NCBI RefSeq assembly: GCF_006345805.1
Contig: NC_042998.1
Location: forward strand, 118,544,001 to 118,608,000
DNA from: Octopus sinensis
Lineage: Eukaryota
Length of the DNA stretch: 64,000 nucleotides
Direction of reading: 5' to 3'
Positions within the stretch are counted from its first letter, which is position 1. Each line of letters opens with the position of its first letter. Positions 40,247 through 53,810 of this stretch are shown piece by piece. The position numbers and the translations under genes were made by a program. Under the pieces are notes generated by a model that was not told the origin of the DNA, searched no databases, and saw only the letters and a program-made list of their open reading frames with translations.

Positions 40247-41652
40247 AGTTAGTTAGTTAGTTAGTTAGTTAGTTAATTTGGCTCAAAAGCAAATAGCAAG
40301 GCCATGTAGGGGGACATGGAGTTAAGTACAGGGTGGTGTTCATGTAAAGAGTTCAGGCCACTTGAGGTCCAGGGAGGCTTTGAACAAAGCGGTCGTCGGC
40401 ATCTTCACCATCTCGTCTGGCAGCTTGTTCCACGGATCCGCAACCCGGACGGAGAAAGCTCCTCTCCTTCGATTGAGATGAAATCGTCGCAGGTAGAGCT
40501 TTTCGGAATGACCCCGCAGCCGACGCTCCGGAGCAGGAGTGAAGAACAGCTCTTTCGAGAGGTTACACTTCCCGCTTATGATGTTGTGGGCGAGAATGAG
40601 ATCGCCACGGCGGCGGCGTTTTTCAAGAGAATAAAGGTCGAGCGTCCTCAGCCTTTCTTCGTAGGACAAATTTTTGAGACAATTAACCATGCGGGTAGCC
40701 AGCCTCTGGACTCTTTCGAGATGCTGTATGTCTTTGAGGAGATAAGGAGAAGAGGTTTGAATCCCATACTCCAATATGGGTCTCACCATTGTGACATAGA
40801 GTGGCAGGAATATGGCTGCTGTGAGCATTCCGAATGACCGTCGAATCAAAAACAGAATTCCGCGCGCTTTGTTGGCAGCATGGACGCACTGGGCCGAAGG
40901 CGAAAAGGAGGAATCCACCAAGATACCCAGGTCCTTTACCTGATCGGTCCTCTCCAGCAGCAGACGACCCGGCTCGAAATCTAGTTGAGTTGCAGGAGTA
41001 GAGCCGACAGGCAGATGACAGCACTTTGACACGTTCAGACACAGGTCCCAATCGTTAGACCACTTCCAAATTTGGTGGAGGCATCGACGAAGATCCCCTA
41101 TACTACCGCGAGGAGCGACCAGTTTGATATCGTCGGCAAATAGAAGGGTGTGTTGCGTGAGGTCGTCGGGCAAGTCATTTATGAAGACTAAGAACAACAA
41201 GGGCCCAAGCACTGAACCTTGAGGCACGCCACTGCTCGCACTGGAGACGTCGGACCGCGAACCATTAACTTGAACTTGGAAGGAGCGATCTGAGAGGAAG
41301 GCACCAACCCATCGTACAATATCCGGATGGAAACTATACGCTTGAAGCTTGACAAGTAGTAGGCGGTGGTTTACCGAGTCAAAAGCTTTGGCAAAGTCCA
41401 ATAAAACGATGTCAACAGCATCACTATCATCGAGGTTGCGCGTCACCAATTCTTCCATTACTAGTAAGTTGGTCAAGCATGATCTCTTCGGCACGAAGCC
41501 GTGTTGGGAATCAGTGATCGAGGCTGTGTTTAGGAGGTGGAGCATCATACTTTTCTTAAGGATGGTTTCGAACATCTTGCTGATTATTGATGTAAGGGAA
41601 ACCGGTCGGTAGTTAAGCGGGTCTTCGCGGCTCCCTTTCTTGAAAATTGTTC
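40247..41652 (-). mobile_element. CR1-clade LINE, 5'-truncated, young
   Basis: RT ORF followed by a ~65-nt 3' UTR and a (TAAC)n tail at 40247-40275. Confidence 0.9.
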
Positions 41653-41659
41653 TAGGCAT
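40340..41659 (-). CDS. LINE reverse transcriptase (CR1-type ORF2, RT plus C-terminal part), uninterrupted 439 aa
   Basis: NYRPVSLTS, QHGF, LDFAKAFDSV, GVPQGSVLGPLLF, FADD, KDLG, LERVQR.ATR, LEKRRRRGDLI, RGHSEKL and FSVRVADPWNKLP. The start Met probably comes from flanking DNA. Confidence 0.92.
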   Translation of the reverse strand: MPRTIFKKGSREDPLNYRPVSLTSIISKMFETILKKSMMLHLLNTASITDSQHGFVPKRSCLTNLLVMEELVTRNLDDSDAVDIVLLDFAKAFDSVNHRLLLVKLQAYSFHPDIVRWVGAFLSDRSFQVQVNGSRSDVSSASSGVPQGSVLGPLLFLVFINDLPDDLTQHTLLFADDIKLVAPRGSIGDLRRCLHQIWKWSNDWDLCLNVSKCCHLPVGSTPATQLDFEPGRLLLERTDQVKDLGILVDSSFSPSAQCVHAANKARGILFLIRRSFGMLTAAIFLPLYVTMVRPILEYGIQTSSPYLLKDIQHLERVQRLATRMVNCLKNLSYEERLRTLDLYSLEKRRRRGDLILAHNIISGKCNLSKELFFTPAPERRLRGHSEKLYLRRFHLNRRRGAFSVRVADPWNKLPDEMVKMPTTALFKASLDLKWPELFT

Positions 41660-42689
41660 TGAGATAATTCAATATGACTATAATACATTTTGGTTAATTA
41701 ACTAATTAATCTTCTATTTTATCATTACTTCGAAATTATTGCTGTGAGATATTTGTTGTTTTCGTCACTGTTTACAATTTTGCTCCATTGGTTTTCAAAT
41801 TTGGTATATGGATTACGTTTTGTGAACTTCATTTTTCCTATAAATCCATAATTATAAAGTTATTAGCCTTTAAAATTTGCAAAATTTAAATATTTTCGCC
41901 AATCAGAAGTATTTTACACATCACCGAAACGAAAAACTCTATTTTCATAATAACCAAAGATGCTTTGGTTATTATTCCCCAAGGTGGGGAAGGAGATATG
42001 AGTAAGATAATATTCTATAAAAATACTCTTGTGTTTTTCTCCGTCAAAACACATGAATGAGACAGGAATGAGCAATAGATGAATAAGGAAGGCGTGATGG
42101 CATAGTGACAGTGGGGACGTTTCAACTCTGTGTAAATATGTGTGTGAATGTAAAAAGGATGTATGTGAATGTTTGTGTGTGTGTGTCTGAGTATGTGTGT
42201 GTGTGTGGTGTGTGTGTTGCAAACTTTCGATCTTGAATTTTTTTAACTAATAGATATCTGTTTTAAACAATGTTTTGACTGTTATTCCTGGCAAATGCTG
42301 TTGGTTCGTAGCTTTTAAATATTTAATTTGCTCGCAAATGTTTTAATGCTTTGACTATTATTTCTAGCAATATAATGACATGCCGATGCCTCCCCACAAA
42401 ATGATGATGGAAGAGGCAGCGAACGCGCGGTTTACTGATTGGCTGAAAATTCAAAAGATTAGCATACTTTGTACACCTGTAACATTTTTGCAAACTTTTT
42501 CTGGAATGAATGAAAAGCAAATTCGGCGTCAAAAATTACATCTATATAATAAATTTTTGAAAAGATAATTGTGCACAGTGACGAAACCCACATATATTTT
42601 GACACATTTTTACTGTATTTTACCTTTCACCCTGCATTTTTCTTTTGTATGTGCGTATATAGACGTGTATATGAACTTTTTGGTGCGCA

Positions 42690-43260
42690 TGTATGTGTGC
42701 ATGTATATATGTACATGTATATGTACATGTGTATGGTTGCATATATTTGTGGATGTACATGCGAGTGTTTCACGTGAGTATGAGTGAGCATATGCATATA
42801 TAAGCATTGCATATTTTAAACGTGTATTTGAATATAACTGTGCGCGCATAGGTATGTGCACGTGTGGGTGTGGGTGTGCGCGCGAGTGTGTGCAGATATG
42901 CATATGTGTACATCGTGTGTACGTGTGTGCGGGTTTGTATATATGTACATCTACATGTACATGTGTATGGTTGCATGTATATATGGTGTACATGCATGTG
43001 TTTCACGCGAGTATGAGCGAGCATATGCATATATAGCATGTGCGTATTTTTACACGTGTATTTGAATATAATTGTGCGTGTATTTGAATATAATTGTCCA
43101 CGTGTGTGTGTGCGCGCGTGTGTGTGTGCGCGCGTGTGTGTGTGGATATGTATACGTGTACATGCATTGTTGCATATATATGTGCATCTATTGGCATATG
43201 CGTTGGTGCGCATCTATGTGTTTCATGCGAGTGTGAGTGAGCATATGCATATTCATGTAC
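42690..43260. repeat. ~220-235-bp tandem low-complexity minisatellite (about 2.5 units)
   Basis: TGTTTCA(C/T)G.GAGT.TGAG.GAGCATATGCATAT recurs at ~42765, ~42998 and ~43217. Confidence 0.75.
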
Positions 43261-43429
43261 GTTGGTGTGTGTGTGCACATGTGTATGTATGTATGTGCAT
43301 GCGCGCATACGCGATTGCTATGAGCATAATTACTTCCTCCCCTTCGTTTTTCTCCCCTTATTTAACGGCCATTCTGATACCTCTTTCGTCTTAATAACGG
43401 TCAATTACATAGTAATTTCCTTTTACTGA

Positions 43430-43915
43430 AAAAAGAGGAAGTTGTCACAGATCTTGATGAAGAACAAGGAAAACTTTACACCAATGAAGTACAGACAACT
43501 GACTCAACACCACAGTAAACAACCACACATGTACGGTCTTCCTAAGATTCACAAGGATGGTATTCTGTTAAGACCTATGGTAAGCTGTAGAGGTTCAGCC
43601 TGTCATCCACTGAGCCGCTTCCTTGTGGATATAATCAGTCCATTAGCAGGAAAGTCAACATCGTATGTGAAGAATTCTACCCACTTCACAGAATTGATCA
43701 AGGGTACTCCCATTGAATCCAAGCAGATGGTGAGTCTAGATGTGATAAAGTTCCAACTGGTGAAGCACTATCGGTGATACAAGAAAAGCAGTGACAGACA
43801 CCTGGTATACCAATGAGAAACTTGATGGAAATATTGACCTTCTGTGTAGAAACTACCTACGTCAGTATGGACACTGATATATATCGACAAGAAGATGATT
43901 TAGCTATGGGTTCAT
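43430..43915 (+). mobile_element. Penelope-like element RT fragment
   Basis: PHMYGLPKIHKDGILLRPMVS...SYVKNSTHF...MVSLDV..., then YRQEDDLAMGS. Confidence 0.85.
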
Positions 43916-43929
43916 GCAGTAAAATGGAG

Positions 43930-44323
43930 TATCGTCCTTAGTCGAAGAAATCAACCCCAGGACTTATTTTTATAAGACTTATTCTATCACTGTCTTTTGA
44001 TGAACCGCTAATTTACGGGGACGTAAACAAACCAACATCCATTGTCAAGTGGTGGTGGTGGGGGACAAACACAGACTCACACACGCACACATACACACAC
44101 GCACACATACACACACGCACACATACACACACGCACACACACACACACATATATATATATATACACGCACGACGGGATTCTTTCACTACTAAATCCAATC
44201 ACAAAGCCTTGGTCGGCCCGTGGCGATAGTGGAAGATACTTGCCCATGGTGCCATGCCGTGGGACTGAACCAAGAATCACGTGTTTGGAAAGCAAGCTTC
44301 TTACCACAAACCCACGGCTGCGG

Positions 44324-44324
<1 letters not shown>
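43930..44324 (-). mobile_element. SINE family A
   Basis: Reverse complement matches the family A head and body. Confidence 0.85.
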
Positions 44325-44414
<90 letters not shown>

Positions 44415-44415
44415 T

Positions 44416-44498
<83 letters not shown>

Positions 44499-45809
44499 TA
44501 TATATATATAATATATATATTGACTTAAACATTCATATACATATAATCCTGCAAATTAGTTTCGGTAGCTTAATACTAAACTCGTTTTGTGTATTAATAT
44601 ATATATATATATATATATATTTAAAAAAAGGAGATGTCGAACACGAGTGGTGATATATAAAAAAGGAAATGAAGAAAATGCTGACAAATAATTGAAGTAA
44701 TTTAAGTAATTTAATTAGGTGAAAGTTCTTTTTACCGGTTGCGCATTTGTTATGCTTATCAAAATATAAAAGAGAGATTAGAGTTCCTTTCTTATAGAAT
44801 TTTTCCTATATATATATATATATATATATATATGCGTGTGTCTGTGTGTGTGTGTGTGTGCGTGTGTGTGTGTGTGAGTGAGTTTGTGTTTGTGTGTGTG
44901 CGTGTGTGTGTGTGCGTGCGTGTCTGGGTCTCTGTTTACGTGTAATCGTCACTCGATGGCTTGGACTATGCTTTCGCTAATTGTTTTAGGTGTCAGTGTA
45001 GGGCTTTAACTAATATAGGACACTTTCTAGGTATTTTACCTCTTCATAAAGCGGTACTTCGAGGATTGAACGAATAGAGGGAGACAGAGTTGTTCCAGTG
45101 GTAATTTGGTGCGCACATTAATCTGAGTAGACGGAAGTAATGTGTAAAAACGTAATTTGTTCGAGGATACAAGCTGCCACCCGGCAAAGAAATCAAGCAC
45201 ACCATATGAGCGTCAGTTTGACACCCTAATCTGTAGAGCACCGTGCATGTATACAAAAATACATACACACATTTACACATACACACGGTCACACGTACAC
45301 CACATTCACATATGCTCACACGTGTGTATGTGTGTGTGTGTGTGTATGTATTTGTGTAAATTGATGGTTTTTTCCACAAAGACATATTATCCAGTGATAA
45401 ATTAAAGCATTACTACCATCATGAATTAAAGAAAATGAAATCTTCAAATCTTAAGAGAGACTTTAGAAATTGAATAAAGAAAAAAAGGATGAAATTTGAA
45501 AATATCCTAAAATTGAAAGTCTATAAATCTTTAAAAAATTTTATCTCAAGAAGAATCATTGATTTTTTCAATATGGAAATATTCAGTAAAAAAAAATACT
45601 GAAAACTTTATTTATTGATTTCAACAGAATATTGTAAACGAAAGTGTTATCAAAACGAATTAAGTATTAAAGTGAATTCAAATGCTGCTAAATTAAAATT
45701 TATGCTTATATAATAAGAGAGGAAATGTTGTCCATAAAATGTTTGATGAACAATATTTTGGAGAATATTTTAGAGGGATAAATATTAAAGCTGAGTGATA
45801 TACTGGAGG

Positions 45810-46320
45810 CTTCATACCACACGAATAAAAATAAAATCCGACTATTTATCGATAACTAAGGTTTTGGCCTTTACTTGCCTGGGTAATGTCTCCCTTAATT
45901 GCACTGTTTCTTCTGGTGGTTTGTGGCCTTTCTGTGGCCTTTCTTTTGCTTTTCAGCTTCTATGTTGCATCATTCATTGTTTTGGAGATATGTTCCAGCA
46001 CCAACAGTATTGGTGTTTTCATGGTTAGTTTTATGATCCAGAAGCCATTTTGTCTCTGACAAGAAAAATGTCATTATTTATCCTTATTTTACACCTATCT
46101 TTGTATCTTATTTTGGCAAACTTGCTCCTTATAGTCCTCTTCTCTTTCTGCAACCAGCTTTTCCTTATCTTTGTTGCAGTAGTTGAATAATAAACTGGGA
46201 AATCCTGCTCCATAGAGGGGCATTTGCCGTACCAGTGATCTTTACTTGAGAATCCAGTCTCATAAGCGCTATTGTAGTAATTATTGTTTGTCTCTTCACT
46301 CACAAATAAGGACGTCATAT
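45810..46320 (-). mobile_element. Highly degraded LINE fragment, possibly R4-like N-terminal region
   Basis: LRETLPRQVKAKT weakly resembles IETIKQKVCAKA in the 50680-51306 ORF. Confidence 0.3.
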
Positions 46321-47576
46321 TAAAGTGTTTTTTATCGTATCACTAACCGTAGATGACTGGAAGCCAAGGCTAAAGAAACCTGCCTTTTGTGGTGGGTTTA
46401 ACGTCACAACTGTGATGTCTGTAGTTTTTGGTCTCGAGGTACAAATTATCCTTATTGTTACTATGAAAAATGTTAATTATGATAATAATGGGGTCATCAG
46501 AGGTAATACAAATAAAAAAAAGAACTAGTTGGGAGAATGTTGACCTTCCTCAGTTCCTCCTGCGGTTGATAAGTTCGTTTTTTTTTTGTTTTGTAGAGTT
46601 CCCTAATAAAATAACATATTCGTCGCTGAACATTCTTTGTGAATTCGTTGCTTAAGTAGCCCCTGGCATCACTTTTATAGATATATCTAGTTATCCTTAG
46701 TGATACCGTTGCAATTTTTTGCTTAATCATACGATGGTGACAGGTAAGCTAATACACAGTGTTGTGAACGACGAGGCGCAGAAGTGGAAGAAAAAAATAT
46801 ATATATATTAAGAAAGGGAGTGTCGGAGGCTCATAGATGGACCTCAGTTGATATAGTGATAGTGATGGAGAGGTAGTGTGTGGAGGTACATTGGCAGCGA
46901 GGAAGGATGGAGAAGCTAGTTGCTCCAGCAAAAGCGTACAAAGAGAGAAGTCATCATCATCATCATCATCAACAACGTCATTATCATCACTAATCTCATC
47001 TTCCCCATCCTCATCAATATCGTCATCTTCCCCCTCCTCCTCCTCCTCATCATCATCATCATCATAACAAGCGATCGCGTGGGGAGAATAAACTGACTCT
47101 TGCTTATGGGTGACAAGGAAAAGAACTATTGTTGAAGAAAGATAGTAGCATAAAACAAAGAAAGAAAATCTTAGCTTTTCAACTTCGTGGGCTGACAAAT
47201 CTATAGTCGACAAAAATGCCTTCAGTCAACTGATTATCCTTGCTTCTTTTTAGGCATCATTTCTAATGATGACGATTATGATTGTAATGATGATGACGAT
47301 GATGGTTTTGAGTGGGGTGATGATGATGATAATAATGATGATAATCGACTTACTCTGTTCTTTTGTTTTGTGCTATTTTTCTGACCAACAGGCTTGCTAA
47401 CATTTTCTAATGATGACAGCGACAGTGTTGTTGTTCTATTGTTTTCTATATTCCTTCTTGGTATAATCACAGTAGGTCTTTTGGGAAAATAAGCATTTTA
47501 ATACCGTCTCTCATTTAATACCGTCTTTTCTCATTGCCTATATGCCTTTTTTTTAGCTATCGGTTTGTTCTACATG

Positions 47577-47607
<31 letters not shown>

Positions 47608-47680
47608 CTTCTTCTCTTCTTCTTCTTCTTCTTCTTCTTCTTCTTCTTCTTCTTCTTCTTCTTTTCTTCTTCTTCTCCTC
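47577..47680. repeat. (TTC)n microsatellite
   Basis: Direct run. Confidence 0.95.
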
Positions 47681-47687
47681 CTCCATG

Positions 47688-47895
47688 TTAGCTGACAGAA
47701 TCATTACCGTGTCAGACAAAATGCTTAACGGTATTTTAACCGGCTTTACGATCTGAGTTCTAATACTGCTGATTCCTAATTTGCCTTTCATTCTTTGTGG
47801 TTCATAAAACAAGTACCATTCAACTACGGAATATCGATATAATCGACTGGATCACTCTCCCAATGTTTCAGGCCTTGTGCATATATAAAAAGGAT
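47688..47895 (+). mobile_element. SINE family B (diverged)
   Basis: AGCTGACAGAATCATTA...AAATGCTTAACGGTATTT...CTGAGTTC...AAGTACCA. Confidence 0.6.
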
Positions 47896-48350
47896 TATTA
47901 TTATTGAGTGAGAGAGCAGTGCATGCCATCAAAATGACACTGGGGTAAAATATACGAAGCCCAGTATACCCATCACGACTACCCGGCTGATAATGGTACA
48001 CTAGGCCCATGCATCACAACCATATGTGCGCGACATGGTGATCTCATATCAAGATAAACAGCACATGACCTTGCAGGTGGGGCCCAGTTAGAATTTTCTT
48101 CTGGTCGAGTAACCCATCCCGCGCAAAAGTTCCCTGAATAAGAGTTGTTTAAGGATGTTGAACGAAACACCCATGTTTCCAGAGGTGAATTATTCAAACC
48201 TCAGAGAATCCCTCTCAACACATGAGTATGATGCTCCGTGATCAGAGATACACATATTGTCAGCCACTAAGGGACATGCTCAACTGGTTAACGTCAAACA
48301 ACTGACAAGCAAATCTGTGGTCTTGAGCAGAATATTTGCTGTAGCCCATC
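47895..48350. mobile_element. Non-coding interspersed repeat starting at a (TTA)n run
   Basis: Higher-GC block with a (TTA)n terminus, typical of an R4/Dong-mobilised repeat. Family not assigned. Confidence 0.4.
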
Positions 48351-50415
48351 TACAAAAGTGAGTATATTTCGGCTTGTGAAGTTTTACATGACAAAACTTC
48401 ATATGAAGAATTACCTGTCGATCCAAACTCCAATTACAGAGAAGAGCTTGAGAAAATAATTCTGGAAATGGAAATGGAGGAAAACAATTTCGTTAATAAG
48501 GCCGAATCTAAGGTTTTAAGGCCAGAAAGAAGAACACCTGTATTTTATGGTCTCCCTAAAATACACAAAAAGTTCGAAAGATTTCCTCCAATACGCCCAA
48601 TTTGCAGCGGATATGAACGTTGCACGGCCAAAATTTCGGAATGGCTGGATTGCTTTCTACTCCTCACCGCAAAACGATCAAGTTCCTATATTCGGGATAC
48701 GTTTGATTTTGTATCTAAAATCAATAACTTTTTCAAGCGCCGAGGCCATATTGAGAACTGTTTTTTGGTAACCATGGAAGTTTCTTCCATATATACCAAT
48801 ATTGACCACAACGAGGGGGTAGAAGCATGCAAGGATGCCTTCGAAAAGCGGTCAAACAAAAGTATTCCATCAAATTTTCTCTGTAGATTATTGAGGTTCG
48901 TTTTAGAAAGTAACACAATGAAGTTTAGACAAAGATTTTACCACCTGACGAAGGGTTGCGACATGGGTTGCGGCAGTTAATTTTGCAAATGTCTTCATGA
49001 CGAAATTCGAGACACACTTACTGAAGTCATTCAAATCCCTTCATTGTCATGAACCAATACTCAGATTACGGTTCATTGACGATGTATTTTTTGTCTGGGA
49101 AGTATCACAGGATTGTTTAATGGACTTCTTGCATTTCTGTGACTGTTATCCTAGAAACTATGGCTTTAAGTCCAACATAAAATTTGCGTCTAGTTTTTCC
49201 AAAACTAGCGTTGAATTTTCGGACACAAAAAGTCAAGTTTTCTGGAGGCAGAATAAAGACAGAATTATTTTGCAAGTCCACGTTATCCCACATTTATCTC
49301 TACTGCTGCTCCGATCATCCACATCATCTTATTCGGTCAAATCTGAAATCCCAATTTTTGAGGATAAAATGCATTTGTACTGATATAGGAGATTACTGGA
49401 AACATGCAAATGCTTTTGTATGTCATTTTGTCAAACGCGATTACAGTGAATCACGATAAAAGGAAATAGCAAATTAAATAGCTAAGATTGGCAAAGATGG
49501 TCAAACCTATATGCATAATTTTAGCAAACACAATACAATAGAAGACAGAATTCCTTCAGTGATTAACTGGCACCGACATTTCGCTGGCATTTCAAAAGTG
49601 TTGCATGAAAGTTACCAGCATGTGGCGATAAAATATCCTCGTTTCAAACAGATATTACCTCAGCCGCCTATTGTAGCCTTTAGACGGAATAAGAATATAA
49701 GAGAATTATTGACCTCTATATCTGACTCAAAGAAAACGAACATTGGAGTATCTACACGCTGTACCTTAAAGAACAGCCGCAAGAGAGGCACGCCCTGTTC
49801 CTTGGACAACAACATGAGTGAAGTGAACTCCATCAGAAATCATAGCAGAAATGTTATGATTTATACAGAAGGTGGAACATGTAAAGATTCCTATATGGTG
49901 TACGCTGCAGAATGCACGAAACAACTTAATTTATGTTGGTTGCACAACAGAACAAGCAAACAAAAGGTTTAATGGGTACAGAATCGACGACAGGCACAAT
50001 AACAGTGATTCGACAGAACTTGCTGAACATTTCGTTTCAAGCGGTTGCAATTTTGGAGAAGACTTGAAAGTGCATATTCTCAGAAAATATTTTTCATTTC
50101 TCAGAATGTATGAGGAGAAATATGTTTGCAGGTTATTAACATCATGCCCTTTGAGGAATGAATAAGATGACAGAATATCATCAAGTTTATACAAAGCTGT
50201 TTGATTAAATATTTTTCTTTCTCTCTTTTTCTTTCCTTTTTTCTGTCGTCTTCTTTTTTCTGTTATTTTCTTTCTTTTCGCCTGTTAAAGACTTAAAAAC
50301 TGATGATGTCATTCCATCAACGTGGGGACGCTACTTGCTCTCGTTCATACTTTACGTTTAAATTTCTGAATTTTTATCGCTTCTTATTTTGAACTTGACA
50401 AAGACAGACATACTG
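48350..50415 (+). mobile_element. Penelope-like element (RT plus GIY-YIG endonuclease), frameshifted
   Basis: RT motifs TPVFYGLPKIHK...RPICSG...SYIRDTFDF...LVTMEVSSIYTNI...KGCDMG and LRFIDDVF. GIY-YIG motif MVYAAECTK/NLIYVGCT...KRFNGYR. The 3' region has a degenerate hammerhead motif at ~50300. Confidence 0.9.
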
Positions 50416-52050
50416 CTGAAATGGGTCTATAGTTTTTTGGTTCATTTGTTTCTTCACTTTTTGGAAGCAGGAATGTTAACCCATTAACTAGCCAAGGAGG
50501 CATCCTACTAGTGTGTTGCAAAACATCATTGTACAGTTCTGTTAGCAGTTCATGGCTCTCTGAGAAGGCATTCAGCCAGAAGTTAGGAATTTTATCCTTT
50601 CCTGGAGACTTCCATTTGCTTGACCTCCTGAGAGCAGATCTTATATCCTCTACCTTGACACCCTCCCACTTTTGCTCTTCTAAGGGGTCCAGTTCTGTAG
50701 ATATTCTGTCAATCCAGGGGCCTTTTCGTTGTGTGTTTTTTCTTCTGCCCAGATTTTATTCCAAAATCCCTGCACTTCTTCTTTTGATGGTACAGACCTT
50801 GCAGTAAACGCTGTTTTTCCTATCTTCCTGTAAACATTCTTGGTGTTATTTTGGAACATGTTGATGTCCTTGAAAAATCTAACACGCTTTTCATACCTCG
50901 CTATGCGGGCAGCTTTGGCACATACCTTTTGTTTGATGGTTTCTATGGTGGCATCAATATCAAGTATAGTTTTCATATTGTATTTTTTCAGTAATTTTTG
51001 GGGTTTTGTAGGTTTGGTAGTCTTGTGAGCCTTAAGGTTTTTCAAATATTCAATGTCAGATCTAAATATTTTAATTTGTTGTTGCAGACGCTCTTGCCAA
51101 GAAGGCTTTTTGTGGGAATGTTGCCGTTTTCTAATCTTTAAACCACATAGGATCGTTGAGATTTTCGCGGATGCATAGTATAGGTGGTTGAGGTTTGTGA
51201 TATCAACATCATTAGCTGAAATTATATCCTTAAGTGCAAGGCAGATTTCAATTATTTTCAGGTTTTGGTTAGAATTGCGAATTTTTTGGGAGAGTGTCGC
51301 GTTCATTCATAATGGTTTCTTTAATTTTCAGCCATTCAGTCATGATTTGATATTTTAGATCTGTTGGATCGATTTCTGTGTGAATTTTCCCTCTATTTAA
51401 TTTTAATCTGCCTTTGTGTATATGGTTGGCACGAAGAGGATTTCACTTTGCTTGTCAGCTACGTTAACTTTTTCAATCATTATTGCATTTTCATTAGACC
51501 TGGGTTGATCTCTAATTATTTCCTCCGTAGTATCATCTTTCGCTGCAACTGATTGGTTAATTAGGTCAATTGAGTTAGTAATTTCTTTTTCACAATGTTT
51601 CTTCTGACATTAGTACGTTTGTCACTGTCTATGTAGGGTCTTGCTTCAAGGTGTTTCTGTCTCCAGCTTAAGCAGGTTTGTTCAGTATTAGATTTATTTG
51701 TGGGGAAATACATGACACGATAAAATGCCTTAAGAACTCCTTTATTATCTCTGCTAGGCCATTTTTATTTTTTCCTTTTGGTTATTTGATGATGAGCATG
51801 GATGGCAATCTGCTGGAATATTCCGGTTGTGGGGCACTTCCAGCTCCTGTGTTTCGGAACGATTTGGACCAGTAGCTGATTTTTTCATCTAATATTGTTC
51901 ACCGCTCGTCTACGCGGCACTCGGTGATCCGGGTGACAGCCGATCTGGTTTGTATTTTGCTTTGTTATCATTGAAGTATGACGAGCTTGGACGATGACAT
52001 TAGGGGATGGATCTATCTGTTCAGGGTTAATTTTTTGAGACAACACCGCC
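50416..52050 (-). mobile_element. R4/Dong-clade LINE 5' half (N-terminal region up to the start of RT)
   Basis: KPSWQERLQQQIKIFRSDI...KQKVCAKAARIARYEKR...FWNKIW, then WKSPGKDKIPNFWL...GLTFLLPK...PKNYRPI. Truncated at the Penelope junction. Confidence 0.85.
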
Positions 52051-52723
52051 TCCGAGTTCTGTGAATGAAAACATTGCTCGTAACGTTGCTTCTTAAGGCT
52101 AAAAGATCTGTATTCGTCTGTATGTTTTTGTTGAGAGATTTATCTCCGGGCATAGTTTTTGTGGTATTTTTAAACTTATGAATTGTTCACTCTGTCAATG
52201 TTGGTTCCAAAATTAAAAAAATTGTTTGGTCTTGTTTTTTAGTATTTCTTTGCTTCGTTTGTGATACGTGTTTTTATATGTGTGTCCTGTAAATTACACG
52301 TAGTTGTGTAAACACTGGGATGTATGTGTAGTCTTATGGGTATTAAAATGTATATATGATTGTTTTGACATTCGAGTGTATGCGTATTTAATCAATCTAC
52401 ATACTTACTGTTTGTTCCATTTACATTTTATAATTTGTAAACATTCCCCCCTCTTGATTTCGCGTGTGTGTTTCGCACAGATTTCACTGAGACATCGTGC
52501 ATAGGAGAAAATGCTTCGTATGGCAGTAAGATTTTGTTTTTGTAATTATTTTCGTTAAAAGGCCGCTTCCTTCAAGTCTTCCACAGGTTCCTCTATCTCA
52601 TTCCACCGACGTTATTAGATTAGATTTGTCTTTGAATGGAGAGCCTGGTGTAACACATCCATGTTGTTATTCAGCACGGAACTCTCTGTTGTTATTCAGC
52701 GCAGAAAATTAAATAGATAAAGT

Positions 52724-52731
52724 CAGTAGTG

Positions 52732-52800
<69 letters not shown>
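52724..52800. repeat. (AGT)n microsatellite
   Basis: Direct run. Confidence 0.95.
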
Positions 52801-52862
52801 TCGCTTACTCTTTCGACTGTACATTCCTTTCAGTATATCAGTATTTAGCTGTAAAATGTCTC

Positions 52863-52904
<42 letters not shown>

Positions 52905-53669
52905 TTACATATCTGTGTGTGCATGTGTGTGTTTGTGTGAGGGAACAATCAACCAAAGAAAATATGTCATACAGTCGTTGTTTAAACTAAGTTAATCTTT
53001 TGTTGTTTTTTCCAATCTCAATGAGACTGATAAATATTGAGAATAAAGTAACAGTTAGTGATTTTGCTTGTAGCTATTAGCAATTTCTCTCAGTAAATAA
53101 ACATATGAGAAACACTAATAATTAATGTTTATTTGGAACAGTGAGAGACCAGAGACGGATAATCTAATTGACATCTACAATTAATTAAGTATTAATACTT
53201 TCACATTCTGCGTAAGAAATTATAACATTAGGTGTGTGCAATAAACATGATTGAAAATTGTCGCTACTGATTGATTGAACCATGTTTAATCTCTGATTAA
53301 ACATGGTACGTGATTTTCGAAGACTATATTTATATTCCTGTGCGTATTTATGTCTAAACGTGAGTATTATCATCTGCACTTATATTTTTGTCACTTGAAC
53401 AGTGGATATATAGCAGCGCCTATGATCCTTTGTAAGGGATCGATCTTTGTGTGTAAAAAGGATGTTATCATTAGTTCTGTGTCCTTGGCCAAATATTTAC
53501 AATCTCCAGTGAAACCAACAAAGAGCCAGGTTAAAACGAAAGACGTATTTAAGTGTACCAACTGAGAATATCAATGACTACTTCAACAGACTTACCCGGG
53601 GTTTCCATCAACAAGAAAAACAACTTAAAATACATCGCTTTTATTATCAAGCTTCGTCACTTACAGCTA

Positions 53670-53810
53670 CAGTTGAAACACAAGGCTGACTTTGCTTTTC
53701 CTCATTTCCGAGTCAATAAAATAAGTACAAGTCTAACACTGGGGTCGGTATAACAAACTTACCCCTCCCCAAATATTGCTGGCGTCTTGCCAAAATTTGA
53801 AATCAATACT
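53670..53810 (+). mobile_element. SINE family B 3' fragment
   Basis: GACTTTGCTTTTC...AATAAGTAC...CACTGGGGTCG...GCCAAAATTTGAAA. Confidence 0.6.

Noticed and set aside
40316-41612. ORFs overlapping the RT (173 aa +, 122 aa -, 87 aa +)
   Set aside because: Shadow ORFs of a GC-rich coding region.
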